From positions 63,798,001 to 63,862,000 of the forward strand of contig NW_025964112.1 of NCBI RefSeq assembly GCF_023055435.1: a DNA stretch of 64,000 nt, read 5' to 3'. The notes beneath the pieces were generated by a model. That model was not told where the DNA came from. It saw only the letters and a list, made by a program, of their open reading frames with translations, and did not search any database. This DNA is from Haliotis rufescens. Lineage: Eukaryota. Position 1 is the stretch's first letter, and each line of letters starts with the position of its first letter. Position numbers and translations under genes: made by a program. This document shows positions 63,431-64,000 of this stretch, piece after piece.

Positions 63431-63595
63431 GAGTGAGTGGGTATTGTCTCACGCCGCTTTTAGCACTATTTCAGCAATATCACGGCGGGGGACACCAGAA
63501 ATGGGCTTCACACATTGTACCCATGTGGGGAATCGAACCCGGGTCTTCGGCGTGACTTGCGAACTTTTCAATCACTAGGCTACCGCAAAGCCCCC
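63431..63595 (-). mobile_element. SINE family A
   Basis: Reverse complement of the 43300 copy. Confidence 0.85.
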
Positions 63596-63628
63596 ATACG
63601 GATTGAGAAATACCACGGATCATAATCG

Positions 63629-63902
63629 ACCCGTGAAGATCCGTGTTAGATAGGTCTTCAGCAACCCATACTTGCCGTAAAAGGCGACATTGATTTTCGT
63701 AAGAGGCGACTAACAGGATCGGGTGGTCAGGCTCGCTGACTTGCTTGGTGCAACGCAGCATGTCATCGTATCCAAATTGCGTGGATCGAAGCTCATGATG
63801 TGAATCACTGGATTGTCTGGTCCAGACTCGTTTATTTACAGACCGCCGTCATATAGCTGGAATACTGCTGAGGGCGGCGTTATACAACAAACAAACAAAA
63901 AC
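63629..63902 (+). mobile_element. SINE-like family B, full length
   Basis: Same sequence; TSD ATCATAATC. Confidence 0.9.
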
Positions 63903-64000
63903 GAATCATAATCAGGCGACAGGTACCCAGCGGATATTTTACTATAATTCCGATAGTATTACTTGTTAATCATCGCAGAAGCATTACAACGGACTCTCTC

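Overview
Eukaryotic (animal, most likely gastropod/mollusc; inferred from the repeat families and gene content) genomic window with four protein-coding genes whose exons were reconstructed by hand with consistent GT-AG phases: the 5' ten coding exons of the mitochondrial i-AAA protease YME1L1 (minus strand, continues off the left edge), an intronless CREBZF/Zhangfei-type bZIP gene (minus), the E2 enzyme UBE2Z (plus, 7 exons, head-to-head with CREBZF) and a Nedx/lms-class homeobox gene (plus, 4 exons). The rest is SINEs (four families with a related 3' tail), MITEs, a Helentron-type element, a DIRS-like relic and ten tandem arrays. Almost all long ORFs in the ORF track are minisatellite artefacts. 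The most striking pattern is that tandem arrays and one insertion sit exactly on splice junctions in all three spliced genes. The UBE2Z exon-2 acceptor is repeated about 31 times, the Nedx exon-3 donor seeds a 2.4-kb array, a YME1L1 donor is repeated four times, a whole YME1L1 intron is an AATAAA-bearing array, and a MITE insertion duplicated a Nedx donor. No expression data are available, so functional consequences are inference.
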